Shown here: one piece after another, positions 19,011 to 28,214 of the stretch | Layout of the letters: each line of letters starts with the position of its first letter | How positions within the stretch are numbered: the stretch's first letter is position 1 | Origin: a virus | Taxonomy: Duplodnaviria > Caudoviricetes | Virus record (IMG/VR): IMGVR_UViG_3300037307_000335 | Location: 1-43,329 of that record | Length of the DNA stretch: 43,329 bases | Reading direction: 5' to 3' (one strand) | Translations under genes and position numbers: made by a program | The notes under the pieces: model-generated | Seen by the model: only the letters and a program-made list of their open reading frames with translations | Told to the model about the DNA's origin: nothing | The model's database searches: none

Positions 19011-19715
19011 ATGGCTTATGAATCTGTAAAAAACTTCGTAGTTGGGAGATTAGGATCCCCAAGAGTAAAAGTATATTTGACATCAGAACAACTTGATGAT
19101 TGTATATGGGAAGCTATAAATAGGTGGATGGAGTACAACGAGGGAATAAAGAAAAGAACATTTATAAGTGGTACTCAAGGAAATGGTACATATCCTTTGC
19201 CACCTCAAATAGTACCAAGATTTATAATAGATGTAGTTTTTAAACCAAGTGACCCATTATTGTCTTTAACTGGTGTTATGCAAGATGTATATGTCTTGTA
19301 TTATTTGCAAAATGCAGGTGGAGCATCAAATTTCATAGTAGACTATTGGATGACTCTTGCTAGCTACGAAGAGTATGTAAGAGTTCTTGGAAATCAACCT
19401 CACTGGACTATAATAGATGGAGATAAATTAAGATTAGATCCAATTCCTTCAACTGATTTCCAAATTGGTATTGATTACTCTGAAGTTCCACCAGAATCTT
19501 ATTTAGAAAATATAAGATGGATTAGACTTTATACTTTAGCTTTAGCAAAAGGAGTAGAAGGGGAAATCAGATCTAAGTTTAGTAGTTTCCAAGCTGGATC
19601 TGGAGAAATTAGCTTAAATGGAGATGCTCTAAAAGCTGAGTCCGTTGCTGAACAACAAAAACTAGAAGAAGAACTATTCAACAAAGCTTGGCCTCTTGGA
19701 ATGGTAGTCGACTAA
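19011..19715 (+). CDS. gp13: Neck protein (T4 gp13-like)
   Basis: RLGSPRVKVYLTSEQLDDCI, WIRLYTLALAK...GEIRSKF, ISLNGDALK motifs. Confidence 0.88.
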   Translation: MAYESVKNFVVGRLGSPRVKVYLTSEQLDDCIWEAINRWMEYNEGIKKRTFISGTQGNGTYPLPPQIVPRFIIDVVFKPSDPLLSLTGVMQDVYVLYYLQNAGGASNFIVDYWMTLASYEEYVRVLGNQPHWTIIDGDKLRLDPIPSTDFQIGIDYSEVPPESYLENIRWIRLYTLALAKGVEGEIRSKFSSFQAGSGEISLNGDALKAESVAEQQKLEEELFNKAWPLGMVVD

Positions 19716-19740
19716 GAAAAATGATATTTGAGGAATTAAA

Positions 19741-19926
19741 ATGAAATTTGAATATATTCTAAAATGGATTGCTAAAAACAAGGAAGATGAACTAGACAAA
19801 GTTTTAGCAAAAGTTCCCCAGATTGAAATAAGAGATACGCTCGAGAAATTGAAAAGATATAAATATGCAAAATACAAACTCACAAAAGTTGCAATAGATA
19901 AGCTCAAAAAGAAAAGAGGGTGGTAA
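19741..19926 (+). CDS. Small basic hypothetical protein
   Basis: SD GAGG; stop coupled to next start (TAATG). Confidence 0.55.
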   Translation: MKFEYILKWIAKNKEDELDKVLAKVPQIEIRDTLEKLKRYKYAKYKLTKVAIDKLKKKRGW

Positions 19927-20207
19927 TGTATTTTATAGTTTCAAAAGCAGCACAAAAATCTCTTGGAACTGGTCCATCAACAGAGCCAAAGAGAAGCACT
20001 ATTTATGAAGTAGAGATAATTAGCAAAGTGAAAGATGTTGGACATTTTAAAAAATATACCTACAATTTAAGAATAAAGAGGTGCCTTTATCATCCATATA
20101 ATACACCAAAGAAGCCTGGAAGGGCAATGAATAATTATGTTGGGGATATTTTTAATGAACATCAAATAATAGATTATATATTGAGAAGAAAGAGTTTTAA
20201 ACCATAA
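19926..20207 (+). CDS. Hypothetical protein
   Basis: TAATG-coupled start at 19926. Confidence 0.55.
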   Translation: MYFIVSKAAQKSLGTGPSTEPKRSTIYEVEIISKVKDVGHFKKYTYNLRIKRCLYHPYNTPKKPGRAMNNYVGDIFNEHQIIDYILRRKSFKP

Positions 20208-20219
20208 AGGAGGTTTAAG

Positions 20220-20771
20220 ATGTTAGTACAATTTTATTTAAAAGTTATAAGGCCGATACTGTCGAAGATAATTTTTTCTAATTTCAGAAAATCTTTCACA
20301 GATCAACAGATTTCACAATATCAAAAAGAATTAGAAAATACTTTTAACAATTTTAAAAGAATGAATGATATTGTAACTTGGAATTTAGATTCTACCAAAA
20401 AAGGTTTTAAATGGGTTTCTGATCCCTTAAATGGTGGCGGCGATTTCAGTCCTGAAGAGCTATGGTTATTCTTTGCTAGAAAAGGGGACGACTGTGATGG
20501 ATGGGCAGAATTCAATTATCAAGCATGTTGTAAAATTGGATTAGAGCCTAAACTGTGGGCTATAATAGATGGATTAAATGTTGGGACAGCACATGTAATT
20601 GCAACTTGCTATAATCCATACGATAAACTGTTTTATATGTTTACAAATTATGATTGTAAAACATTCAAGACTGAAGATGAATGTATAAACATTTTTAAGA
20701 CTGAAGTTTTAGTTTCTTGTGGAACATACAAAAATCTAAATAAATACTTAATAAAATCGAGAACTAAATGA
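20220..20771 (+). CDS. Transglutaminase-like cysteine protease-fold protein
   Basis: GDDCDGWA and AHVIA motifs; SD AGGAGG. Confidence 0.65.
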   Translation: MLVQFYLKVIRPILSKIIFSNFRKSFTDQQISQYQKELENTFNNFKRMNDIVTWNLDSTKKGFKWVSDPLNGGGDFSPEELWLFFARKGDDCDGWAEFNYQACCKIGLEPKLWAIIDGLNVGTAHVIATCYNPYDKLFYMFTNYDCKTFKTEDECINIFKTEVLVSCGTYKNLNKYLIKSRTK

Positions 20772-21277
20772 ATAGAGAGCTTATAGAGTTATTATTTTCA
20801 GATGTAGATTTTAAAGGAGAAGACATACCTTTAGAAGGTGCATTGGTAGATAAAGACAAGAAAGATGCAAGGTACTTTATCTATATGGTATGTTTTGAAT
20901 TTGATAAATCGCCATTCAAATTGAAATCAACTAAAAGAGGTGAGTGGTATAGAGTTCCATCAGAAATTAAAAACGAAGATGAGCTAGAGAAATTAAGATC
21001 TGTAAATGACTCTATAGTTAATAATAGTAGATATACAACAATAGCAGTACCTCTTGATTTAGATAGCAATGATGATGACTCGGATTATGTGATAACTTTA
21101 TCGAATGATGAAAAGGATAAATTGTTATTTTTATTAAATTTAACTGGTATAAAATATGATAAAAATCCAGATTATTCCAATTGGATAAGAGACGAAGAGG
21201 AAGCATTTAGAGATGCTGAAGCAGAAAGAAAAGATCCTTATGGATATAGAGGATTATCGAGGAGTGATTTCTTTTAA
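20768..21277 (+). CDS. Hypothetical protein
   Basis: ATGA overlap with upstream stop; ends DPYGYRGLSRSDFF. Confidence 0.6.
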   Translation: MNRELIELLFSDVDFKGEDIPLEGALVDKDKKDARYFIYMVCFEFDKSPFKLKSTKRGEWYRVPSEIKNEDELEKLRSVNDSIVNNSRYTTIAVPLDLDSNDDDSDYVITLSNDEKDKLLFLLNLTGIKYDKNPDYSNWIRDEEEAFRDAEAERKDPYGYRGLSRSDFF

Positions 21278-21717
21278 TGAATGCACATAAAAAAATTATT
21301 GAAACGATACTACAATGGGGGCCTCCAAAAAATTTAGCAGGAAAAGGACTAACTTATTTAGAAATAGATTATGGAGAGAGCAATAGATATTTAGCCCAAA
21401 TAGTATTCAATAAAAATTCTATATTAGGTATTTTTCAAGAAGCAATAGAATACTCAGAAAATATTTGGGGAGGAAGAGTCTTAGATTTAAATCTAAGTAA
21501 TCTTGGGTATTACAGATTTTTTACTGAAGATGGTAAAAAAATAAAAGGAAATTGGAAAGAATGGCAAAACGAAAGAGTTGAGATAGAGTCACAAGTTGAA
21601 AAGTATGGAAAAGAACTTTTAGTAGTAAAAAATATAGATAATGATAAATGGTATGTTATTACAAGAGAAGGTAAAGTAGTTGATGCTAATCAATTTTATG
21701 AGAATGGAATTATTTAA
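21277..21717 (+). CDS. Hypothetical protein
   Basis: TAATG coupling at both ends. Confidence 0.6.
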   Translation: MNAHKKIIETILQWGPPKNLAGKGLTYLEIDYGESNRYLAQIVFNKNSILGIFQEAIEYSENIWGGRVLDLNLSNLGYYRFFTEDGKKIKGNWKEWQNERVEIESQVEKYGKELLVVKNIDNDKWYVITREGKVVDANQFYENGII

Positions 21718-21985
21718 TGAAAGCTAAAGTAGGTGATTATTTCATATATAGAATCTCGGGTCATTATTTTGTATTAGAAGCTGTAAAATTAAATGAAAGA
21801 TATAGGGGACCATTAAAGGTGTCGATTGGCCAGAAAGCATAGACTATAAAATTATTTTTACTAATCATAAAAATTATGCAAATAAAAAAGAAATATCTTT
21901 TGCGGAAGCTTTATATATGTTTCCTACAACTAAAAAAGAATGGAAATACGACTTGGTAAAATTAGTTCTCAAGAACAATGAATAA
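21717..21985 (+). pseudogene. Frameshifted tandem paralog of the 21997 ORF
   Basis: MKAKVGDYFIY...YR, then TIKGVDWPESIDYKIIFTN...TTKKEWKYDLVKLVLKNNE in another frame; break at the G4 run in TATAGGGGACC (~21802-21812). Confidence 0.75.
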
Positions 21986-21996
21986 GGGGTTATTTA

Positions 21997-22257
21997 ATGA
22001 AAGTAGGTGATTATTTTATATATATGACTTTTGGTAGAAGTTATTATTCTGTATTAGAAGTTTCTAAATTAAACGAGGGATATAGGACTACTGATGGAGT
22101 TGATTGGCCAACAAGCACAGATTATAAAATTATTTTTACCAATTATCCAAGACTTGAAAATAAAAAAGAAGTATCTTTAACTAATGCAGTTGATACAATA
22201 CCGACAACTAAAAAAGAATGGAAATACGATTTAGTAAAATTAATTTTTAAAAATTGA
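21997..22257 (+). CDS. Small hypothetical protein (intact paralog)
   Basis: SD AAGGGG; aligns with 21717-21985. Confidence 0.7.
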   Translation: MKVGDYFIYMTFGRSYYSVLEVSKLNEGYRTTDGVDWPTSTDYKIIFTNYPRLENKKEVSLTNAVDTIPTTKKEWKYDLVKLIFKN

Positions 22258-22506
22258 ACAAATCAACTTTCTGCTTAATGTTTCATTATTAGCTATCTGA
22301 GGAAAGTCTACCAATTCATCCCAACTAATAATAACATTATCCCTATTATAGGATAAAAACGCTCCAGGAAAAGCATAAGTTATTTTCGTCATTGGATTCT
22401 GATTTTTATCTTTATTATACTTTGTAACTTCGACAAAAGCTGCTATCGTATTTCCATAAATATGTACATATTCACCTCTAAATTTTCTATTTTCCTTCTC
22501 TACCAT
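22240..22506 (-). CDS. Small hypothetical protein, paralog of 22515 ORF
   Basis: MVEKENRK...IFKN; SD AAGGAG. Confidence 0.65.
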   Translation of the reverse strand: MVEKENRKFRGEYVHIYGNTIAAFVEVTKYNKDKNQNPMTKITYAFPGAFLSYNRDNVIISWDELVDFPQIANNETLSRKLICSIFKN

Positions 22507-22514
22507 ACAAAATT

Positions 22515-22775
22515 TTACTCCTTATTCTTAAATATCCATGATATGACTTTCTTTTTTAATTTTTTATCTGTTTCATTAAATTCATACAAATCTCTCCAAT
22601 TTGCATACCATCTATTTCCATCAAAATCTCTTCTATTAAGCCCATATAAAATTTCTACTTGTTGAGAGTCTGGCTCTTTATTTTCAACTTTAGTTACTAA
22701 TCTAACCAGGGCATAAAAATTATCTTTCATGTATAAATAAGGCCTTTTGAGTTTCCTATTTTCTATTTCTACCAT
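22515..22775 (-). CDS. Small hypothetical protein (possibly leaderless)
   Basis: MVEIENRK...IFKN; AAAGATAA-N4-ATG start. Confidence 0.65.
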   Translation of the reverse strand: MVEIENRKLKRPYLYMKDNFYALVRLVTKVENKEPDSQQVEILYGLNRRDFDGNRWYANWRDLYEFNETDKKLKKKVISWIFKNKE

Positions 22776-22779
22776 ACAT

Positions 22780-22802
22780 TTATCTTTGGTAAAGAAAGAT
22801 AA
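22780..22802. promoter_or_regulatory. Back-to-back AAAGATAA putative late promoters
   Basis: TTATCTTT (22780-87) and AAAGATAA (22795-802) in a 43-nt divergent gap. Confidence 0.6.
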
Positions 22803-22818
22803 ACATAAGAGGATTTAA

Positions 22819-23361
22819 ATGTTCGACAATGAATTTGAATTTTACGAAGATTATGATAAACTAGAAATGGAGCTATTCAATCTCGTTGATCAAGAAAAAA
22901 TCAAAATACAAGGTGCACCTCTTTATCTATGGAAATTTGATTTAGAAGCAACTAAACTCACAAATGATTCTATTCCAGATGATGGTCTTAATTTGAATGA
23001 TTTATATGGAGAAGCTTTACCAGCAGGGATGGTTTTTTTAGGACCACTCGGTCCAATTAAAGGAAGCTATCTAGAACCAACTTGGACTCAAGACTTGAAA
23101 GCGTTTGGAATTGTAGAGCCAGAAGAAATCAACATAAGATTTAACAAACAAGAGATCGTAGATTTGCTCGGAAGACCCCCAATAATAGGAGATGTTTTAA
23201 GAAGCTTCCATCATAAATTTTACATTGTAGAAGATTCTTATGTTAGTGAAGAAACATGTTTATGGGAATATATCCATATTAATATAATAGCTAGGAAAGT
23301 TGATTTTGGAAGTTTAGCTCTTCCAGGGATAGAATGCTTACCTAGATTCAGTCAAGTTTAA
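22819..23361 (+). CDS. gp14: Neck/head closure protein (T4 gp14-like)
   Basis: EKIKIQG, DLYGE, LKAFGI, PIIGDVL motifs; synteny. Confidence 0.75.
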   Translation: MFDNEFEFYEDYDKLEMELFNLVDQEKIKIQGAPLYLWKFDLEATKLTNDSIPDDGLNLNDLYGEALPAGMVFLGPLGPIKGSYLEPTWTQDLKAFGIVEPEEINIRFNKQEIVDLLGRPPIIGDVLRSFHHKFYIVEDSYVSEETCLWEYIHINIIARKVDFGSLALPGIECLPRFSQV

Positions 23362-23408
23362 TAAAATTTGCCTTGTGAAAACAGTGAATTTTTCACAAGA
23401 TATTTATA

Positions 23409-23822
23409 ATGGCTAATATTACTATTAATTTAGAGTTTGATAAAAGAGATTTCGAGAAGTTTAAGAAAGGATTAGAATCTGCTGTAGATAGATCTTCTGG
23501 GATAGCTAGAGATATAATTAAAAAAACTATGTTTTTAACTTCTAAAGAAAAACAAAACTTAGATAGAAAAGATCTAGGTTTGATTCCACTTTCTGTAAAT
23601 GAAAATATTATTGAAGGCAAGAGAAAAGGTCTATTAGATAGTTATAATATTAAATATGACAATAAATCAATTGTCTTTGAATTGATTCCAAAGAAGGAAT
23701 GGATAGAAAAGAATTTAAAATCATCGACGGAATATATAACAAAAGCTATAACTAATTTAGATCCTAAAAATATGGCTGATATTTTCAAAAGAGTTTTGAC
23801 AGAGAGAAGATATAATGTATAG
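23409..23822 (+). CDS. Hypothetical protein in neck/tail completion cluster
   Basis: ORF between gp14-like and gp15-like genes. Confidence 0.55.
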   Translation: MANITINLEFDKRDFEKFKKGLESAVDRSSGIARDIIKKTMFLTSKEKQNLDRKDLGLIPLSVNENIIEGKRKGLLDSYNIKYDNKSIVFELIPKKEWIEKNLKSSTEYITKAITNLDPKNMADIFKRVLTERRYNV

Positions 23823-24495
23823 TAATTATCCAATTTTTGCAGAATATCATTATTTTACAAAAAAATGGTTAGAAGACATAATGAGATTAACAAGGTTGGG
23901 AACTACTAAAATACCAGTTGTTTATAATACTCCAAGAAGAGCTTTTGCAATAGGATCTACCAGTCTTGGTGGCCCTGGAACTGGTACTCAGCCACTATAT
24001 GCTCCTCCATCAGAAGGAAATAATTTCTTACCTATATTAACCTTTAATCTTACTGGGATGACGCAAAAAATGGAAAAAACTAGACCTTATGAATACATTT
24101 TGGTCACTCCCATCAAAGATAATAATAATACAGTTAGCGCTATGAAACAAAATAAACCTTTACAAGTTTATGAGATAAATTACACAGCGCATCTGTATAC
24201 AGCTCTTATGCAAGATGCTGATATTTTAATGTTTAAGTTCGCTAGCGAATTTAAACCACAGTGCTATCTTTGGATAGGGGATCAAACAGCGATTGGTGAT
24301 GGAACTAAGGGTTTATATGCCCATATGCTATTAGATTCTATAACTGATGGAAGTGAATATGAACCTGGCGATATTGCAGAAAGAGTTATTAGAAAAGATT
24401 TAAATTGGAGGGTAACAGAAGCTTATGTTCCGACACTCGAAGTTGATGTTAACGATCAAATCATTGAAGAGTTTAAGAACGAACTATATACCTAA
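23815..24495 (+). CDS. gp15: Tail terminator/sheath stabiliser (T4 gp15-like)
   Basis: KIPVVY, LPILTF, YEINYT...QDADILM...EFKP motifs; directly upstream of sheath. Confidence 0.65.
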   Translation: MYSNYPIFAEYHYFTKKWLEDIMRLTRLGTTKIPVVYNTPRRAFAIGSTSLGGPGTGTQPLYAPPSEGNNFLPILTFNLTGMTQKMEKTRPYEYILVTPIKDNNNTVSAMKQNKPLQVYEINYTAHLYTALMQDADILMFKFASEFKPQCYLWIGDQTAIGDGTKGLYAHMLLDSITDGSEYEPGDIAERVIRKDLNWRVTEAYVPTLEVDVNDQIIEEFKNELYT

Positions 24496-24509
24496 TTTGA
24501 GAGGAAATT

Positions 24510-24689
24510 ATGTATACGATAAAGAATAAGACAATAAAAAATATTGTATTACAAGTTGAAGGTCACACAGTTTTCCTTAATCCCAAAGGATCAAAAAACG
24601 ATGAGATTATTGTTAACGAATTGAACCCTCAGCTTAAGAATCTTAAGAAAATGAGATTTATTCAAATCTCTAAAGTAGAAAATCAATAA
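24510..24689 (+). CDS. Small protein before tail sheath (59 aa, below ORF-track cutoff)
   Basis: GAGG SD; MYTIKNKT...RFIQISKVENQ fills the gap. Confidence 0.7.
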   Translation: MYTIKNKTIKNIVLQVEGHTVFLNPKGSKNDEIIVNELNPQLKNLKKMRFIQISKVENQ

Positions 24690-24701
24690 GGAGGCAATTT
24701 A

Positions 24702-27437
24702 ATGGCTCATGATATCAAAAGTCCTGGCGTTTCAGTTCAAGTAATAGATAATTCAGCTTTTACTGCTACATCACAGGGAACTTTGGCAGCAACTGTTGGA
24801 TTCGCTGAAAGAGGACCAATAAATGAACCAACATTGATCTTATCAAAAGATAGTTATCTTAATACATTTGGTAAAGCATTAGTTGATAACTATTATATGG
24901 CTTTATTTGCTGACAAATTCTTGGATGTATCAACAGGATACTTTACAAGAATAGCAAAAGCAGTAGATTATGAATCAGTGACAGGTTCTGTAGCAGCTGG
25001 TCTAGATTTCGCAGGAATGACAACACCTGTTTTCTGGATAGAATTAACAGATTTCCCAATCCCTAACAATGGAATATTTAGAGTAACTATAGCAAATAGT
25101 TCTTATTCAACTGTTGATGATTTAGTTTCAGCTCTAAATACAGCGATGAACAATGTTACATTACCAGATGGAACAAGTAAACTAGCTAATTATTTAACTG
25201 CAGCAAAAGACACGGTAGGAACAAAAATAGTTTTCAGAAGTGATTTATATAGAAATATTAAAATCACTTTAAAGGCAGACAGTGGAGCTGATAACATTTG
25301 TAAAACAACTGGAGTTGGATGTTTAGGATTTGCAGATGGAGCTTCTTCAGCAGACGTTGGAGCATATTCATATGCATTCATAAGAATTCCAATCACTGAA
25401 GTACAAGCAACTAACGCAAGTATTACAGCTTCTGCAGCGATGACAGCACAAGATCTGAATAAGATTACTGCTTTTAACAAAGTAAATATAAAGGTAGATG
25501 GAACTGGTGCTAATCCATATAAATCCTATGCTGATGTAAATATAACTCCATCAGTTGGGGCTCCAGCTACTTATCCAAACTTAGAAGCAGTTGGCAATCC
25601 AGATCTATCACATGATTGGCAACCTGATACTTTAACAATTCAACTAGCTGGATTCTATAGTTTTAAGGGAACTAACTTAACTACCGATGTTAATAAAGTT
25701 CACACAGTAACCGGTTTTACTTATACTGGTGGCTCGCCAAACTTAGCAAGTTTAATAACAGATCTTAATAATAGATTGGCAGCTGTAACAGTTGGTACTG
25801 GTGCTACACTAAAAGACTATATTAAATTCGAAGCTAATGGAACTAAAGTAAGATTAGTTAAAGGTGATACTGCTACATTGTACAACTATGGTTCGCAATG
25901 TACAACTAAGATAGCAGCTACAACAGGAGCTATAGCTAACTTAGGTTATACAATAACAACCAATGATACTGGAACTGGTACTAACTCAACTTATACAGCA
26001 TCTGGCGTAGCAGACAAAATAAACTCATTAGTTACAGAAGTTTTATCAGCAGCTTCAACTTCAATTATAACAATTGGTAGTAGAAGACTTGGTGGAACAA
26101 GCTTTGTTAAAATAGAGAATGCAACAACTCTTGCAGAAAACGCAATTGACTTGCTACATTTCACAGATGGAACAACTGATACTGGAGATAACGCTTCTAC
26201 ATCTGGAGTAGTAAACTTTGTATGTAAAGAAGCTGGAACATGGGGAAACAAACTCAAAGTAAGAACAACAACTTCAACTAATCCTGTTACTTCAGCCATT
26301 GAATACAACATTGAAATATTTGAAGGTGAAAACAGTGTTGAAATTTGGAGGAACGTAAACTGGACTAATGCAAGTGCAACAAACTTTGTAAAGACTGTAT
26401 TAGAGGCTTCTGTCTATGTGATGGTAGATTTTTCAGAAACTATTGAATATCCAAGCACAGATCTTACAACTACTCCCCCTACTACTTCTTGTCCAAACAG
26501 TGGAAGTCCAAATCCAGATTACTGGCAACTAGCTTCTGGAAGTAATGGTATTCCAACTGATGGAGACGAAATAGATTCTCTAGCAACAACAGCTCTAGAA
26601 GAATATGAAAACAAAGAGCAATATATCATAGATCTATTATTAACACCTGGTTTTGTAGGATCTCCAGTTTTACAGAAAATGGTAAACGTCGCAGAGTCTA
26701 GAAAAGATATTCTAGTATTATGCGATCCTCCTTCTGGTTTAGATTGGAAAGATGCTATAGACTGGCACAATGGAACTTATCCAGACAGTATAAATCTTAA
26801 TTCTTCTTATGCAGTAGCTTATTGGGGATGGCAGAAAGACTACGACAATGATAACTCTCAATACGTTGATCTTCCGCCTTCTATTTATGGGGCAGTTGCT
26901 ATAGCAAGAACACAAAAGAACTTTGAACTTTGGGAAGCTCCCGCTGGTCCAATAAGAGGAGTAGTAAATTCTATCTCTTCTTATACAAAACCAACTCAAG
27001 CTCAGAGAGAATATCTCAACAATGATATTGATCCAGCATGTGTTAATCCTTTAGTTCAATTCCCTGCAGAAGGAACATTGATTTATGGACAAAAGACTTG
27101 CTTAAAACAAAGCAAAGCTGAAAACAGAATCAATGTTAAGAGATTAGTCAACCACGTAAGAAGAAATGTAGAAAGAATAGGAAAAGGCTATATTTTCCAA
27201 TTAAGTACTCCAACAACTTGGGCAAACTTAAAAAGAGAACTAGATACTTTCTTAGGCAATATTCTTACAAGAGGCGGATTATATGCTTATACAACTATTT
27301 GTGATGCAAGCACAAATACTCCTGACATGATAGATTCAAATATCATGTATGCTAAAGTTTACATTCAGCCTACAAAGGTTGCAGAAAGAATATTTATTGA
27401 TATCACAATTCAAAGAACTGGTGCAAAGGTTAGTTAA
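24702..27437 (+). CDS. gp18: Tail sheath protein (T4 gp18-like)
   Basis: SPGVSVQVID, GFAERGPINEP, WEAPAGPIRG, RINVKRL, YIQPTKVAERIFI motifs. Confidence 0.96.
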   Translation: MAHDIKSPGVSVQVIDNSAFTATSQGTLAATVGFAERGPINEPTLILSKDSYLNTFGKALVDNYYMALFADKFLDVSTGYFTRIAKAVDYESVTGSVAAGLDFAGMTTPVFWIELTDFPIPNNGIFRVTIANSSYSTVDDLVSALNTAMNNVTLPDGTSKLANYLTAAKDTVGTKIVFRSDLYRNIKITLKADSGADNICKTTGVGCLGFADGASSADVGAYSYAFIRIPITEVQATNASITASAAMTAQDLNKITAFNKVNIKVDGTGANPYKSYADVNITPSVGAPATYPNLEAVGNPDLSHDWQPDTLTIQLAGFYSFKGTNLTTDVNKVHTVTGFTYTGGSPNLASLITDLNNRLAAVTVGTGATLKDYIKFEANGTKVRLVKGDTATLYNYGSQCTTKIAATTGAIANLGYTITTNDTGTGTNSTYTASGVADKINSLVTEVLSAASTSIITIGSRRLGGTSFVKIENATTLAENAIDLLHFTDGTTDTGDNASTSGVVNFVCKEAGTWGNKLKVRTTTSTNPVTSAIEYNIEIFEGENSVEIWRNVNWTNASATNFVKTVLEASVYVMVDFSETIEYPSTDLTTTPPTTSCPNSGSPNPDYWQLASGSNGIPTDGDEIDSLATTALEEYENKEQYIIDLLLTPGFVGSPVLQKMVNVAESRKDILVLCDPPSGLDWKDAIDWHNGTYPDSINLNSSYAVAYWGWQKDYDNDNSQYVDLPPSIYGAVAIARTQKNFELWEAPAGPIRGVVNSISSYTKPTQAQREYLNNDIDPACVNPLVQFPAEGTLIYGQKTCLKQSKAENRINVKRLVNHVRRNVERIGKGYIFQLSTPTTWANLKRELDTFLGNILTRGGLYAYTTICDASTNTPDMIDSNIMYAKVYIQPTKVAERIFIDITIQRTGAKVS

Positions 27438-27455
27438 TATTAGCTAACCTTTGCA
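27422..27455 (+). other. Strong hairpin over the sheath stop codon
   Basis: TGCAAAGGTTAG / CTAACCTTTGCA 12-bp inverted repeat, no immediate T tail. Confidence 0.55.
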
Positions 27456-27522
27456 AAAACTTAAAGTTTTTAGGTTTTTTGAAAAGATATCTTATGAAAT
27501 CTTAATATAGGAGATTAACATT

Positions 27523-28152
27523 ATGGCGATAAGTCTAAGTTCAGCAATTTCTGGAAAGAAAGAGCCTAAAAGAAATAATCGTTGGATATTGAAATTTGAT
27601 ACTATTCCTACTATAAGTGGACAGGCGTTAAGTGGTCAATCTTCAAATGGAGGTCAAGATGCTGCAGAATCTCTAGCAATAGACTTACTTTCGGCAAGTA
27701 GACCAACTTTGAACTTTAATAGTGCTACTGTCTCAAGATTGAATGAAAAATGGAAATTTGCTTCTAACCCAACTTGGAGCACAATTTCTGTAGCTTTTTA
27801 TGATTTTGATCTTGGACAACACTCTGCTACACAAATTTTGTGGAGATGGTGTCAAACTATATACGACGTACTAAATGGAACAATGGGTTATGCAGCAATG
27901 TATAAAGTTGATGCATCTTTAATCTTGTTAGGACCTGGTCAATCAGTAGTCTCGGGACATACTGGAGCAAGTACAAACATAGATATAATTGAAGCATGGG
28001 ACTTATTTGGTTGCTACCCAGACAGTTTAACTACTGGAACTCTTAGCTATGACAGTGCAGATGTACTTCAAACATCAGTTGAATTAAATTTTGACTATGC
28101 TAACTTACATACTGCTGCTGATATGGGAAATAAGCTCTGGATTAATGGTTAA
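27523..28152 (+). CDS. gp19: Tail tube protein (T4 gp19-like)
   Basis: EPKRNNRW, WSTISVAFYD, WDLFGCYP, LSYD...VELNFDYA motifs; follows sheath. Confidence 0.9.
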   Translation: MAISLSSAISGKKEPKRNNRWILKFDTIPTISGQALSGQSSNGGQDAAESLAIDLLSASRPTLNFNSATVSRLNEKWKFASNPTWSTISVAFYDFDLGQHSATQILWRWCQTIYDVLNGTMGYAAMYKVDASLILLGPGQSVVSGHTGASTNIDIIEAWDLFGCYPDSLTTGTLSYDSADVLQTSVELNFDYANLHTAADMGNKLWING

Positions 28153-28214
28153 TTAGCAGCGCTGAGTAATATAAAGAGTTCGCATATTTAATATAAATTT
28201 TTTAAGGAGTTAAC

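Noticed and set aside
21717-22257. DGR template/variable repeat pair
   Set aside because: Differences are not adenine-specific, include indels, and no reverse transcriptase is in the window.
23372-23399. Hairpin CTTGTGAAAA/TTTTCACAAG as a terminator
   Set aside because: AT-rich stem without a T tail, overlapping a promoter-like AAGATA; function cannot be assigned.
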